A DNA stretch of 60,253 bases, filler included. It is 4 parts of 4 records of this genome, joined end to end, with 100 filler letters (N's around TTAATTAATTAA, not from the genome) between each part and the next. Parts side by side here need not be neighbours in the genome. Positions count along the whole stretch, not along the records: positions 1 to 21,165 come from SRR20825006_2506; positions 21,266 to 33,884 come from SRR20825006_2508; 2 more parts are not named here. One strand, given 5' to 3'. Under the pieces are notes generated by a model that was not told the origin of the DNA, did not search any database, and worked only from the letters and a program-made list of their open reading frames with translations. Made by a program: the position numbers and the translations under genes. Every line of letters starts with the position of its first letter. Within the stretch, counting starts at the first letter, position 1. Below are positions 10,869 to 22,020 of the stretch, piece by piece.

Positions 10869-12560
10869 ATGCGCTATCTATTAATTTGCACTATTTTAAT
10901 ATCACAATTTATACATTCTCAAAACAGCTATCCTAAAGATTATTTCCGCTCTCCTTTGGATATTCCAATTGTTTTAGCAGGTACTTTTGGAGAATTGCGC
11001 TCCAACCATTTTCATTCTGGAATGGATATAAAAACGCAACAACGAGAAGGATTAAACGTGTATGCAGTTGCAGATGGCTATGTTTCTAGAATTAAAGTGC
11101 AACATTATGGATACGGAAAAGCCATTTATATAACACACCCAAATGGATACACCTCTGTTTATGGACATTTACAGAAATATGCTCCAGAAATTGAAGCTTA
11201 TATTAAAGAAGAGCAATATAAAAATCAATCCTACGAAATAGAACTCTTTCCCTCTGCCAATGAAATTCAAGTTCATAAAGGAGATTTAATCGCTTTGAGC
11301 GGAAATACAGGAGGCAGCGGTGGTCCTCATTTGCATTTTGAGATTCGTGACGGACTAGAAAAGCCTATAAATCCACTTTTATTTGGGTACCATGTAAAAG
11401 ATACCAAAGCGCCACGTATTCTAGGAGTTCACGCATATCCTGTAGGAAATAACGCCATTATTAACAATGAGAATACTAGAAAAGAACTGAGACTTACACA
11501 AAATCCAGATGGCACTTATATGGCCGATAAAATCTATGCCTCTGGAAACATTGGTTTAGGCGTAGAAACCTACGACCAATTAGATATGGCATACAATAAA
11601 AATGGTGCTTACAAAATATGTACTACAGTAAATGGCACCTTAAATTTTGAATACGATTTCGAAACTTTTTCTTTTGCTGAAAGTCGCTATATAAACACTT
11701 TGATAGATTATCCTACTTATATTGACAACAGCATTAAAATTCAAAAATGCTATATCGAACCTTATAATAAATTAAGTATTTATAAGAAAAGAAACGATGA
11801 TGGTGTAATAACTATAAATGATGGATTATCCTACCAAGTTACCATGGAAGTTTCGGACTTTGCAGGTAATACAAGTACTATTATTATTCCTATTGAAGGG
11901 AAGAAACAAGAACTATCCAACCCTATTACATCAAATACTGAAAATAAAGGAGATTATTTAATTGCGACTCGAGATAATATCTTTTCGGTAGGAAATGCTT
12001 CTTTATTTTTTCCTGAAAACACCTTCTACCATGATCTTTTTATCAATTTAAAAACAGAAGATGATGCCATTATTATTCATAATGAAAGTGTTCCTGTAAA
12101 AAACAATTACACTATAAGTATGAATATTAGCAATAGAAATGAAACCGATAAAGACAAGCTTTTTATTGCACATGTCTCTGATGATGGCAGACTTTCTTAT
12201 GAATACACCTACAGAAAAGGAGATTTATTAAGCACTCGAACCCGAGACCTTGGAAAGTTTAAAGTAGCTAAAGATACAGTTGCTCCTGTAGTTAAACCTA
12301 GTAACTTTAGAGATGGACAATGGCTTTCTAATTTTCGTTATTTAAAACTAAACATTACCGACGACCTTAGCGGCATAAATTCCTACAGAGCCACTATTAA
12401 TGGGGAATGGATTTTAATGGAGTACGAATACAAAGAAAATTCCCTTACTTACGATTTAAGTGATATTGATTTTAAGGATGCTGCAAATAATTTGGAAGTA
12501 GTTGTAACTGATAATGTTGGAAATAGTACTACTTTTAAAGCAGTTTTTCATAAAAAGTAA
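10869..12560 (+). CDS. M23 family metallopeptidase
   Basis: FGELRSNHFHSGMD (HxxxD), YGHL and GPHLHFEIR (HxH) motifs; signal peptide. Confidence 0.92.
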   Translation: MRYLLICTILISQFIHSQNSYPKDYFRSPLDIPIVLAGTFGELRSNHFHSGMDIKTQQREGLNVYAVADGYVSRIKVQHYGYGKAIYITHPNGYTSVYGHLQKYAPEIEAYIKEEQYKNQSYEIELFPSANEIQVHKGDLIALSGNTGGSGGPHLHFEIRDGLEKPINPLLFGYHVKDTKAPRILGVHAYPVGNNAIINNENTRKELRLTQNPDGTYMADKIYASGNIGLGVETYDQLDMAYNKNGAYKICTTVNGTLNFEYDFETFSFAESRYINTLIDYPTYIDNSIKIQKCYIEPYNKLSIYKKRNDDGVITINDGLSYQVTMEVSDFAGNTSTIIIPIEGKKQELSNPITSNTENKGDYLIATRDNIFSVGNASLFFPENTFYHDLFINLKTEDDAIIIHNESVPVKNNYTISMNISNRNETDKDKLFIAHVSDDGRLSYEYTYRKGDLLSTRTRDLGKFKVAKDTVAPVVKPSNFRDGQWLSNFRYLKLNITDDLSGINSYRATINGEWILMEYEYKENSLTYDLSDIDFKDAANNLEVVVTDNVGNSTTFKAVFHKK

Positions 12561-12572
12561 CCAAATCTGACA

Positions 12573-14993
12573 TTGAACTTTAAAAGAGCGATTTTTCCTA
12601 TACTGTTTTTTCTGACATTAAATTCGCTTTACTGTCAAACTGCTACCATTCGTGGTGTTATTTTAGACGAAAGAAATATTCCTGTTGAAAGTGCTACTAT
12701 TTCTACTGAAGAAATTGCTACCACAAGTAACAAAAACGGATTTTATCAGCTTATAATTCCTGCAAAAAAGGAGATTGTCATTCATTTTAATCATCTCTCA
12801 TTTAAAAAAATTCAGCTAAAAATAAACCTTCAATCTGCCGAAAATTTTGAGTTTAACCCTGTTCTAAAAACACAAATAGAACAGATTGGCGAAGTATTGG
12901 TTTTATCTTCTGAAGAAAAAAAAATCGAGGGAATCCAAAATATAAATCCCGAAACCGTTAGATCCATTCCAGGAGCAAATGCTGGAGTAGAAAATATATT
13001 AAAATCGCTTCCAGGGGTAAACTCCAATAACGAATTAAGCACTCAGTATGCTGTAAGAGGCGGTAATTATGACGAAAATCTAGTATATGTAAACGAAATT
13101 GAAATCTACCGTCCTTTCCTAATCCGTTCTGGTCAACAAGAAGGAATGAGTTTTATAAACACCGACTTAATTCAAAACATCGACTTTTCTGCAGGGGGTT
13201 TTCAAGCAAAATATGGCGATAAACTTTCTTCAGTCTTAGACATTACTTACAAAACTCCTACACAATTAACAGCTGCTATAGATGCTAGTTTTTTAGGAGG
13301 AAGCGTTTATTTAGGAACAAGCTCCAAGAATAACCGATTTACAACTTCTTCTGGCATTCGCTATAGAAACAACAGCTTATTTGTTAATAGCAAGGACACC
13401 AAAACAAATTACAATCCTGTTTTTGCAGATGCGCAAACGTTTATGACCTATAGATTTTCAGGGAAATTCCAACTTCATTTTTTAGGCGCCATTTCTTTAA
13501 ATGAATATGATTATAAACCACAAAGCAGACAAACAACTATTGGCACTTTTAACATTCCTACAGCTATTAGTGTGAATTATAATGGAAAAGAACAAGATAG
13601 CTATAAAACAATTTTTGGGGCTCTAAAAGCTAATTATCAGCTTAACCAAAATACCTCTTTAAAATTTATTGCGTCCTTATATAATACCCGCGAAAAAGAA
13701 AATTATAACATCTCTTCTCAATATCAAATGGGAGAAATAAATACGGATCTGGGCGGTCTGGTAGGAGATTATAAAGATATTGGCTCCCAATATGAATATG
13801 CTAATAACAACTTAGATGCTCAGATTTTTAATTTTCAGCATAAAGGTTTTTTCGAAAAAGATAGCAACACTTTAGAATGGGGAGTAAAATATACGCATGA
13901 AAGAATTAAAGATCATATCAACGAATTTGAAGCAGTAGATACCCTAATTATTGACAGTTTAGATTCTTCAAACCAATGGGTAATTCCAGACTTTAATACT
14001 ATTGATGCGGAAAATAAGATTAAGAATAATAGAGTTTCTGGATATACACAATGGAGTAGATTAACAACTATTGGAAGTAGCAAAGTATGGATTAATGCAG
14101 GGGTAAGAGCACAATTTTGGAATGTTTCTGGAGATAGTATTGCTTCAAAATCTCATTTTATTGTTAGTCCAAGAGCACAATTCTCAATAAAACCAGCATG
14201 GAAGAAAGACATGCTTTTTCGTATTTCTGGTGGCTTATACCAACAACCACCTTTCTACCGAGAAATGCGCGATAGTTTAGGCAATGTAAATCCGAATGTG
14301 AAAGCCCAAAAATCGTATCATTTTATTTTAGGTAACGAATACAGTTTTAAACTTTGGGAACGCCCTTTTAAATTAATTTCTGAAGTTTATTATAAATATT
14401 TAAACGATGTAAACCCATATAACATTGAAAATGTTCGCATTCGGTACCAAGCAACAAACAATGCAACAGCCTATGCGTATGGCTTAGATTTAAGACTTAA
14501 TGGAGAATTTGTACCTGGAACAGAATCTTGGGTAAGCTTTGGCTACTTAGAAACAAAAGAAAATAGAAATGAAAGAGGTTATATTCCGCGCTCTACCGAC
14601 CAACGAATAAAATTTGCAGTACTCTTTCAAGATTATATGCCTTCTATTCCAAATTTAAAATTATACCTCAATGGTGTCTACAACACTGGACTTCCTGGAG
14701 GCTCTCCAAATTATGCCGACCCTTACGAATATCAATCGCGACTTCCAGCATACAAACGAGTAGATATTGGTGTTACTTATGTGTTTATGAATAGTGAAGG
14801 AAAAGTTAAAAATGAAGAACGGAATAACAAATTCAAAGAAATTGAGGTAGGCTTCGAGATTTTCAATATTTTTGACATCCAAAATTCAATTACCAACACA
14901 TGGGTAAATGATTATTACACCAATAGCCAATTTGCCATACCAAACTACATGACAGGAAGAGTTTTTAATATTAAAGCAGGATTGAGGTTCTAA
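12573..14993 (+). CDS. TonB-dependent receptor with N-terminal carboxypeptidase-regulatory-like domain
   Basis: TIRGVILD..., plug region VRGGNYDENLVYVN and AGGFQAKYGDKLSSVLDI, C-terminal Phe. Confidence 0.9.
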   Translation: MNFKRAIFPILFFLTLNSLYCQTATIRGVILDERNIPVESATISTEEIATTSNKNGFYQLIIPAKKEIVIHFNHLSFKKIQLKINLQSAENFEFNPVLKTQIEQIGEVLVLSSEEKKIEGIQNINPETVRSIPGANAGVENILKSLPGVNSNNELSTQYAVRGGNYDENLVYVNEIEIYRPFLIRSGQQEGMSFINTDLIQNIDFSAGGFQAKYGDKLSSVLDITYKTPTQLTAAIDASFLGGSVYLGTSSKNNRFTTSSGIRYRNNSLFVNSKDTKTNYNPVFADAQTFMTYRFSGKFQLHFLGAISLNEYDYKPQSRQTTIGTFNIPTAISVNYNGKEQDSYKTIFGALKANYQLNQNTSLKFIASLYNTREKENYNISSQYQMGEINTDLGGLVGDYKDIGSQYEYANNNLDAQIFNFQHKGFFEKDSNTLEWGVKYTHERIKDHINEFEAVDTLIIDSLDSSNQWVIPDFNTIDAENKIKNNRVSGYTQWSRLTTIGSSKVWINAGVRAQFWNVSGDSIASKSHFIVSPRAQFSIKPAWKKDMLFRISGGLYQQPPFYREMRDSLGNVNPNVKAQKSYHFILGNEYSFKLWERPFKLISEVYYKYLNDVNPYNIENVRIRYQATNNATAYAYGLDLRLNGEFVPGTESWVSFGYLETKENRNERGYIPRSTDQRIKFAVLFQDYMPSIPNLKLYLNGVYNTGLPGGSPNYADPYEYQSRLPAYKRVDIGVTYVFMNSEGKVKNEERNNKFKEIEVGFEIFNIFDIQNSITNTWVNDYYTNSQFAIPNYMTGRVFNIKAGLRF

Positions 14994-14997
14994 ACAT

Positions 14998-15630
14998 ATG
15001 AAGAAAATTATAATTTTATGTAGTGTCTTATTAATAAGTGCACTAGGATATAGTCAAAAAACAATATATCAAAGCGATTCTTTTGAAACCTTAAGTAGCA
15101 ACCATAAAACAGTGGCTATTATTCCTTTTGAGGCTCGTTTAGAGCTAAAAAACAAAGAACTTACAGATGAACAATTAGAAAAACTTCAAGAAAAAGAAGG
15201 TTATGAGGTACAAAATGCTCTTGAAACTTACTTTTTAAAAATGCATCAACGCAAAGACTATCGCATTGAATTTCAAGACATACAAAATACCAATGCACTG
15301 CTATCAAAAGCAAACATAGATTTAATGAATTTAGACATTTACACTACCCAAGATTTATGTGAAATTTTGAAGGTAGATGCTATTATTTCAGGAGACCTTA
15401 CACTAAATGCCTTAATTTCCGAAGGGGTTTCTACAGATTTTGACTTTATGTCTTTTATTTCTGGGACTTCAGATTATGGTAGGATTGCCATCAAATTAAG
15501 TGATGGAGCTACAGGAAAACTTCTTTGGAAATACGAAAAGGTAATTACTAGAAAATCGGGTAAAAACACTTATGACATTATTGAAGCTATGATGCGTAAG
15601 TCTACTCGTAAATTTCCGTACGACAAGTAA
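14998..15630 (+). CDS. Secreted hypothetical protein
   Basis: Signal peptide; KTVAIIPF...VDAIISG...GKLLWKY alpha/beta pattern; 4 nt after the TBDR stop. Confidence 0.75.
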   Translation: MKKIIILCSVLLISALGYSQKTIYQSDSFETLSSNHKTVAIIPFEARLELKNKELTDEQLEKLQEKEGYEVQNALETYFLKMHQRKDYRIEFQDIQNTNALLSKANIDLMNLDIYTTQDLCEILKVDAIISGDLTLNALISEGVSTDFDFMSFISGTSDYGRIAIKLSDGATGKLLWKYEKVITRKSGKNTYDIIEAMMRKSTRKFPYDK

Positions 15631-15663
15631 TTAATAATTTTTAAAAAAAATTATTAAAATAAA

Positions 15664-15704
15664 TCGAGCGAAGTATGAGTTGATTAACTCGTTGCTTCGC
15701 TCGA
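15664..15704. terminator. Stem-loop between convergent genes (terminator or REP-like)
   Basis: TCGAGCGAAG...GAGTT-gatt-AACTC...CTTCGCTCGA. Confidence 0.6.
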
Positions 15705-15744
15705 ACTCATAATTGCGGTTATAAGCAAATAACCATATCTTTAA

Positions 15745-17211
15745 TTACATCTCCCAACCTTTACGGTAAGTTCTTGTAACAAATTGATTTGCTTCTTCTA
15801 GGTTAGTAATTTTCATATTCTCACCATCCCATAATAATTTCTTACGTCCGAAAAACTCTTCATTTCCTTTAGCATTTTCTTTTTTCAGCATAAAACTTCT
15901 AATGGCTAGATTCCCCATTAAAACAGTTTCTGTCATAGGTCCTGCATAGTCAAACGAAGAAGTAAGTCCTTTGTGTTCTTTACTGTTAAATCCAGCCTTA
16001 CAAGCATCCACCCATTTACGTTGGTGTCCGTATTCTGGTTCTGGCATCTCCTCTACTTCTGGACCAAATTCGGTAGTTCCATCATTTAAATAAAGCTTAG
16101 GCATTAACGGAGAACTATCATTAATATTAGTGGAAATAATTCCATTTTCACCATGAATTAAAACTCCATTAGCACTTCCTTTCCCTCCAATATCACTATC
16201 TGCAGGAATAATATCTGGATGTGCAGGACGAATCCCTCCGTCACTCCACGTCATTTTCAATGGTGCTTTAGTTTTATCGGTAGCATCAAAATCTATAGAA
16301 ATAAATGACGATGGCGGACAACCCTCTGGGTGATAATCTGGTGTCCACATTTGTGAATATACAGACCCTACACTACATTCGGCTGCTTTTGGATACATTA
16401 AATCCAAGGTTCTAAAAGGAATATCTATAAGGTGGCATCCAACATCTCCAAGAGCTCCTGTTCCATATTCCCACCAGCCACGCCAGTTAAATGGATGTAT
16501 ATTTGGAATATAAGGCGTTTCTTTTGAAGGGCCTAACCATAAATCCCAGCTCAATGCATCTGGTTTTTTACTTGGGTCTGGAGCAGGCATTTGCCCTCCT
16601 TGCGGCCATACAGGTCTATTTGTCCATACTTCTACTTTTGTAATAGCTCCAAGTTTACCAGAATCCACCCATTTTTGAACCATATTTAATAACGGATTCG
16701 ACCCTCCTTGATTCCCCATTTGAGTAACCACTTTTTGATCTCTTGCCATTTGTGTAAGCATTCTTGCTTCACGGATATTGTGCGTCATTGGTTTTTGAAC
16801 ATATACATGTTTTCCACGTTCCATAGCATATTTTGCTGCAGGACCATGAACATGGTCTGGAGTAGAAATAGTTACTGCATCAATATCCTTTTCCTTATCA
16901 AGCATCTCTCTAAAGTCGGCATACAATTTAGCTTTAGGAAACTTTTTAACTGTTGCAGCTGCTGATCCCGAAAAATCCACATCACATAAAGCAATCACAC
17001 GCTCTCTTCCATTTACAGAAGCATTTATAATATCGCTTTGTCCTTTTCCTCCTGCACCAATAGCAGCAATATTTAGTCGGTCACTAGGAGCCATATATCC
17101 AACTCCGCCGAGAACATGCCTTGGTACAATTAAAAATGAAGAAGCTAAAGCACTGTTCTTAATAAAAGAGCGTCGCGATGTTCCTTTTGGTTTCTGGTTT
17201 TTTTCGTTCAT
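15745..17211 (-). CDS. Tat-exported Gfo/Idh/MocA family oxidoreductase
   Basis: Twin-arginine SRRSFIK, IGAGGKG, STPDHVH, HVYVQKP, GALGDVGCH. Confidence 0.92.
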   Translation of the reverse strand: MNEKNQKPKGTSRRSFIKNSALASSFLIVPRHVLGGVGYMAPSDRLNIAAIGAGGKGQSDIINASVNGRERVIALCDVDFSGSAAATVKKFPKAKLYADFREMLDKEKDIDAVTISTPDHVHGPAAKYAMERGKHVYVQKPMTHNIREARMLTQMARDQKVVTQMGNQGGSNPLLNMVQKWVDSGKLGAITKVEVWTNRPVWPQGGQMPAPDPSKKPDALSWDLWLGPSKETPYIPNIHPFNWRGWWEYGTGALGDVGCHLIDIPFRTLDLMYPKAAECSVGSVYSQMWTPDYHPEGCPPSSFISIDFDATDKTKAPLKMTWSDGGIRPAHPDIIPADSDIGGKGSANGVLIHGENGIISTNINDSSPLMPKLYLNDGTTEFGPEVEEMPEPEYGHQRKWVDACKAGFNSKEHKGLTSSFDYAGPMTETVLMGNLAIRSFMLKKENAKGNEEFFGRKKLLWDGENMKITNLEEANQFVTRTYRKGWEM

Positions 17212-17397
17212 AATAATAAGTTTACGGTTGTTTTTAACAAATTAATTAAAGTTAGCTAATTTTACTAAAACGTTTTATTAAAACAGTCAAAAAAAAATGA
17301 TTTCAAATACTATAAAAATCAACTAACAGGATAAATGTATGAAAACATTTAGCTATCACTAAAATTTTAACATAAAAAAATACAAAAATCAACTAAG

Positions 17398-17510
17398 TCG
17401 AAGCAAGCCCACAAGGTATTCAAAGGAAAAAAATTTAATTAATTTCAACGCAGAGCACTTTGATATACTCAGAACAGGCTCTGGGAAATTAGATCCTCTA
17501 TGAGGGATTT
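17398..17510. repeat. Degenerate intergenic repeat (related to 1-110 and 4579-4650)
   Basis: CCCACAAGGTATTCAAAGGAAAAAAATTTAATTAATTTC resembles CCCACGAAGCATTTAAACAAAAATATTTAATTCATTTC at 4587; its second half resembles 41-110. Confidence 0.55.
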
Positions 17511-19012
17511 TAAACAGTCTTCCCTTTTTCTAGTCTCAAAATTTTAGTAACACTATTTGGGATTTCTTCCTCTCTATGAGAAACATAGATCATGGTTATA
17601 TGTTTTGAAGCACAGATATAATCTAATAATATTTTAAAATACTGAATTTGATTTCTGTCCATTCCTTGGCATGGTTCGTCTAAAATAAGCAACGAAGGAC
17701 TTTTAACCAATGCCCTTAAAAGCAATAAAACACGTTGCTCTCCAAGAGAAGCATTTACAAACAACGTATTCTTTAAATGAGTTAATTTTACAAGATCAAG
17801 CCATTTACTAGCCACCTCTTCTTGATGTTTTGTAGGAATAGAAACAGTTCCTATTTCATCTTTAAAACCAGAAATAATTACATCCGAACAACTCAGAGTA
17901 CTGTAAGTTTCTTCTGTAGTAGTAATCCCCGGAACGCTATTGGCAATTCCTTTTCCTCGCATAAAATACAAATGAAGCTCTGGAGATAAAAAACCGATGT
18001 GTTGCTTTATATCCCAAATACTTTCCCCACTCCCACGTTTTCTATCAAAAAGTATTAAATGATTTCTATATCCCTGCGGATTATCGGCAGTAATTAAACT
18101 CAATAAAGTAGATTTCCCAGCGCCATTATGTCCTAAAAGTGCCCAACACTCCCCTTGTTTGATAGTCCAATCTACATTTTGTAAAATTGACTTACCACTC
18201 ATGGATACATTTACATCTTTCATTTCAACAATAACCTTGAAATAATTTGAACTTTCTTGCAACAAAGCATCAACTTCAATAGAATTATCTAGCTTTAATT
18301 GTTGCGCTTCTGTAATTTTAATTTCTGAAGGAATTCCTTGCTGAACAATTCTTCCCTGTTCTAATACGATGGCATTTGCTATAAATGATGGGATTTCGGA
18401 AACATCACAAATAAGAATTATCATTATTCCTTTATCAGAAATACTTTTTAAAAAATCAGATAAATTCCCTCTTGATTTTACATCCAAGCCTATATACGGC
18501 TGATCCATTATTAAAACTTCGGGATCTTGAAGGCAAGCAGTAACTAATTGCAGTCGCTTCCGTTCTCCATTACTTAACTGAAGTAAACTTTTTTCAAATA
18601 AATAAGTAATATTAAAAGTTTTAAAAAGAGACACCTCTTCCAAACTTCCTTCTACAAACCTTTCCTTTTTATTGAGGCGCTCTAAATATTGATATACGGT
18701 AAGCTGATTTTCGTATTCATGAAACTCATATCGTTTACTATAATATGTACTTGCCATTCCAGCTATTTCACTAAAATGATCTTGCTGCGAAACAAAAATG
18801 GTTTTAAACGGATTCCTTACCACTCCAGAACTAGGAGTTTTCTTCATCTGAATTAAATTAGCTAAAGATGTTTTTCCACTTCCAGAATTTCCTGTAATTG
18901 CTAACGAATTCCCCTTGTGTATTTCTAGATTAATCGCTTCTAAAATAAGATGATTTTTAATCGTTAAATTCGCATTAGATAACTCAATAAAAGCTGTTTT
19001 AGACTCTGGCAT
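17510..19012 (-). CDS. modF: ModF-like ABC ATPase with two nucleotide-binding domains
   Basis: Walker A motifs GNSGSGKT and GHNGAGKST, LSNGE, LFDRKRGSGESIWDIKQHIG, LILDEPCQG. Confidence 0.8.
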   Translation of the reverse strand: MPESKTAFIELSNANLTIKNHLILEAINLEIHKGNSLAITGNSGSGKTSLANLIQMKKTPSSGVVRNPFKTIFVSQQDHFSEIAGMASTYYSKRYEFHEYENQLTVYQYLERLNKKERFVEGSLEEVSLFKTFNITYLFEKSLLQLSNGERKRLQLVTACLQDPEVLIMDQPYIGLDVKSRGNLSDFLKSISDKGIMIILICDVSEIPSFIANAIVLEQGRIVQQGIPSEIKITEAQQLKLDNSIEVDALLQESSNYFKVIVEMKDVNVSMSGKSILQNVDWTIKQGECWALLGHNGAGKSTLLSLITADNPQGYRNHLILFDRKRGSGESIWDIKQHIGFLSPELHLYFMRGKGIANSVPGITTTEETYSTLSCSDVIISGFKDEIGTVSIPTKHQEEVASKWLDLVKLTHLKNTLFVNASLGEQRVLLLLRALVKSPSLLILDEPCQGMDRNQIQYFKILLDYICASKHITMIYVSHREEEIPNSVTKILRLEKGKTV

Positions 19013-19139
19013 TTCAATATAATTTGTCTTGACGAATTTCGTATATTCTTAGTAATAACAATAACATTTACGGAACAAGTTTAAAGATACCCTAAAATTA
19101 ATTTTCATTATCTTTATAATAAAATCTACTAAAACAATT

Positions 19140-19745
19140 ATGAAACCTCTTTCTTTATTTCTGATATTAGTTTTTCTTATTTCTTGTAAAGAAGCAAAAA
19201 AAGAAAATAGTAACGCTACTGAAAAAACTATTGTTGAAAGTCCTAAAAAGGAAATAGAAAAGTCAGTTGAAGAAGTTTATGCTCCTCAAACAGTAAACGA
19301 TGAATTAGCAGAAAAAATTAAAACCTATCTAAAAACCGACTATTTAAAAAATGACATTGCTATTTTAGAAGAAACTGACAGGCAGTTTCAATTTTATGAA
19401 ATAGATTTAAATGAAGATGGTAAAAACGAAATCTTTATCAACTTCTTTACCCGTTATTTTTGTGGTTCGGGAGGCTGCACACTATTATTGCTGGATGCTA
19501 ATTTAAAACCTATAACTAAATTCTCTGTTATGAATCCTCCTCTCTTTGTTGAAAAAACGAAGAAAAATGGATGGTCCATTCTTTTAATAAAAGACTCGGG
19601 AGTTTTTAAGGAACTTAGCTATAATAAAGGCAAATATCCTTCAAACCCAAGCATCTTAGAAAAAGCTCCTTATGATGCCCCTAGCGGACATGCCGAAATT
19701 CTTTTTAGCGATGAATACAGCAAAGCTAAAACCTATACCTATTAA
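19140..19745 (+). CDS. Hypothetical lipoprotein (DLNxDG and CGSGGC motifs)
   Basis: Lipobox LISC; IDLNEDGKNE; FCGSGGCT. Confidence 0.75.
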   Translation: MKPLSLFLILVFLISCKEAKKENSNATEKTIVESPKKEIEKSVEEVYAPQTVNDELAEKIKTYLKTDYLKNDIAILEETDRQFQFYEIDLNEDGKNEIFINFFTRYFCGSGGCTLLLLDANLKPITKFSVMNPPLFVEKTKKNGWSILLIKDSGVFKELSYNKGKYPSNPSILEKAPYDAPSGHAEILFSDEYSKAKTYTY

Positions 19746-19829
19746 ATCTAAAAGCGCACATTAAGACTCCTTTCAAGGAAAATAATATTGATTAAAACTC
19801 ATAAAGTTAATAGGAACCTCTATAAGGGA

Positions 19830-21023
19830 TTAATTTTGAAAAGCTAGTTGCTGTTTAGAAGCTTTTTGTTTTCTATACCATACTATTGAAACAGCCAAGA
19901 TAACACCACTACAAGCCATTATAGCGCCTACTATACTTGCAGAAGTATAACTAAGCCCATAAGCTATTGGAAGCCCTGCAAAATATGCCCCCGACGCATT
20001 TCCCATATTAAAAGCACTTTGATTAGCAGAAGAACCTAACATTTCGGAACCTTTAGCACTTTTTATAACCGCCATTTGAATTGGAGTAGACACCGTAAAA
20101 GCAACCATTCCAATAATAAACGTCATTAATAAAACAATATAACCACTAGAAGCTATAAAACTATTAAGAAGCAAAACGCTTACCATGACCACTAAACTAA
20201 TAATTACCGCTTTTAAAGGAGTAAATATTTCTGCCAATTTTGCACCTACAAAATTCCCTACTACCATTCCTAAACCAGCAATTATCATTGCATAACTCAC
20301 TATATTTTCATTCAAACCAGCCACATCGGTTATTAATGGTGCTATATAACTATACCATGCAAAGAAACCTCCAGTTCCTACCATTGTTAAAACAATTAGC
20401 CCTAAAAAGTCTAAGTTTTTAAATAGTTTAAACTCTTCTTTTACACCTTTAGTTTTTGTTTTTTCTATTTCAGGCATCCAGAAATAGATACTTAACATTG
20501 TTAAAATACCTATTACTCCAACTATCATGAACGAAATACTCCAATGAAAATGGTGTCCCACATACGTTCCTAAAGGCACTCCAATAACATTTGCCACAGT
20601 TAACCCTGAAAACATAGTTGCAATTGCTTTGGCCGATTTACCTTCTTTAGCTAATTTCCCAGCCACCACAGCTCCAATTCCGAAGAAAGCACCGTGAGGT
20701 AAGCCCGACAAAAATCTAGAAATTAATAATAAATAGTAACTATCTGCAAACGCGGAGAGTGTATTAAAAACTGTAAACCAAACCATTAAATACAAAAGCA
20801 TTTTATGAGGAGCCCATTTATTTCCAATACTAGTTAAAAGTGGTGCACCTACTACAACTCCCAATGCATAAGCAGAAATAAAGTGTCCTGCCTGCGGAAT
20901 TGTAATATTTAAAGCAGTAGCTACATCGGGAAGAATCCCCATAATAACAAACTCTGTCATCCCTATACCAAAGCCTCCTATTGCTAATGCCAATAATGCT
21001 TTCTTATTTGTTATTCCTGCCAT
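19830..21023 (-). CDS. araJ: MFS transporter, AraJ/DHA1 family
   Basis: LLALAIGGFGIGMTEFVIMGILP, SRFLSGLPHGAFFG, QSAFNMGNA. Confidence 0.8.
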   Translation of the reverse strand: MAGITNKKALLALAIGGFGIGMTEFVIMGILPDVATALNITIPQAGHFISAYALGVVVGAPLLTSIGNKWAPHKMLLYLMVWFTVFNTLSAFADSYYLLLISRFLSGLPHGAFFGIGAVVAGKLAKEGKSAKAIATMFSGLTVANVIGVPLGTYVGHHFHWSISFMIVGVIGILTMLSIYFWMPEIEKTKTKGVKEEFKLFKNLDFLGLIVLTMVGTGGFFAWYSYIAPLITDVAGLNENIVSYAMIIAGLGMVVGNFVGAKLAEIFTPLKAVIISLVVMVSVLLLNSFIASSGYIVLLMTFIIGMVAFTVSTPIQMAVIKSAKGSEMLGSSANQSAFNMGNASGAYFAGLPIAYGLSYTSASIVGAIMACSGVILAVSIVWYRKQKASKQQLAFQN

Positions 21024-21165
21024 TTGGTTTTATTAAAACAATTATTAATTTATTACAAAAATACCGCGTATTTAATGATTTTTCCTATACTCTATTATCT
21101 AGTATATGTAAAAAAATATCATTAATTAATATTGCTGTCCGATAAAAGTTAACGGAATTTATTGG

Positions 21166-21265
21166 NNNNNNNNNNNNNNNNNNNNNNNNNNNNNNNNNNN
21201 NNNNNNNNNTTAATTAATTAANNNNNNNNNNNNNNNNNNNNNNNNNNNNNNNNNNNNNNNNNNNN
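21166..21265. other. Artificial contig-joining spacer
   Basis: 44 N + TTAATTAATTAA (stop codons in all six frames) + 44 N. Confidence 0.97.
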
Positions 21266-21266
21266 T

Positions 21267-21491
<225 letters not shown>

Positions 21492-21514
21492 ATTATAAAA
21501 CATAGGCGACCAGA

Positions 21515-21748
21515 TTATTGGTCGCCTATTTCTTTTAGGTATTCATCGATTGTACTTTTTGCTTTTTCCATCTCATCGTCTCTTATAAAAACCATTGTTT
21601 GGTTTGCAATACTCATTGTAAAGCCAGCTTTCAAGCTACTTTCATGATCGTTTCGCTCTATTGGGCTAATGCCAATTTCATTTAAACGAGCTACCAAACC
21701 CTTTGCTATTAAGGAAGGTCCAGTGTAAATTCTTTTTGATTCAGACAT
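21515..21748 (-). CDS. Small DUF2007-like protein
   Basis: IYTG...LNEIGISPIER...VFIRDDEMEKAK pattern, 77 aa. Confidence 0.7.
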   Translation of the reverse strand: MSESKRIYTGPSLIAKGLVARLNEIGISPIERNDHESSLKAGFTMSIANQTMVFIRDDEMEKAKSTIDEYLKEIGDQ

Positions 21749-22020
21749 ATTTTATTTGATGTTTTCAATAGTTTAAAATTACATTTAAAAAAAATAACTC
21801 AGACCATTTCAACCTTAATTAAAGCAATTTAATGTCGCTTAATTCAATTTTAGGGGTAAATAGTTCACGAAAATTATTTCAAAATAAATTTACACAGTAC
21901 AATTAAGGAAAACAACTATTTAACACAGTTTACTATAAATTTTAAATAAACCAGCGTCTTTTACGTTAAAGAGATTATTGGCTTTGTATTTGCTATATTT
22001 ACAATCTTAATACTTTTTTT

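Noticed and set aside
21210-21221. Palindrome TTAATTAATTAA occurring three times
   Set aside because: Always centred in an identical 100-nt N block. It is an artificial six-frame stop linker, not a biological site.
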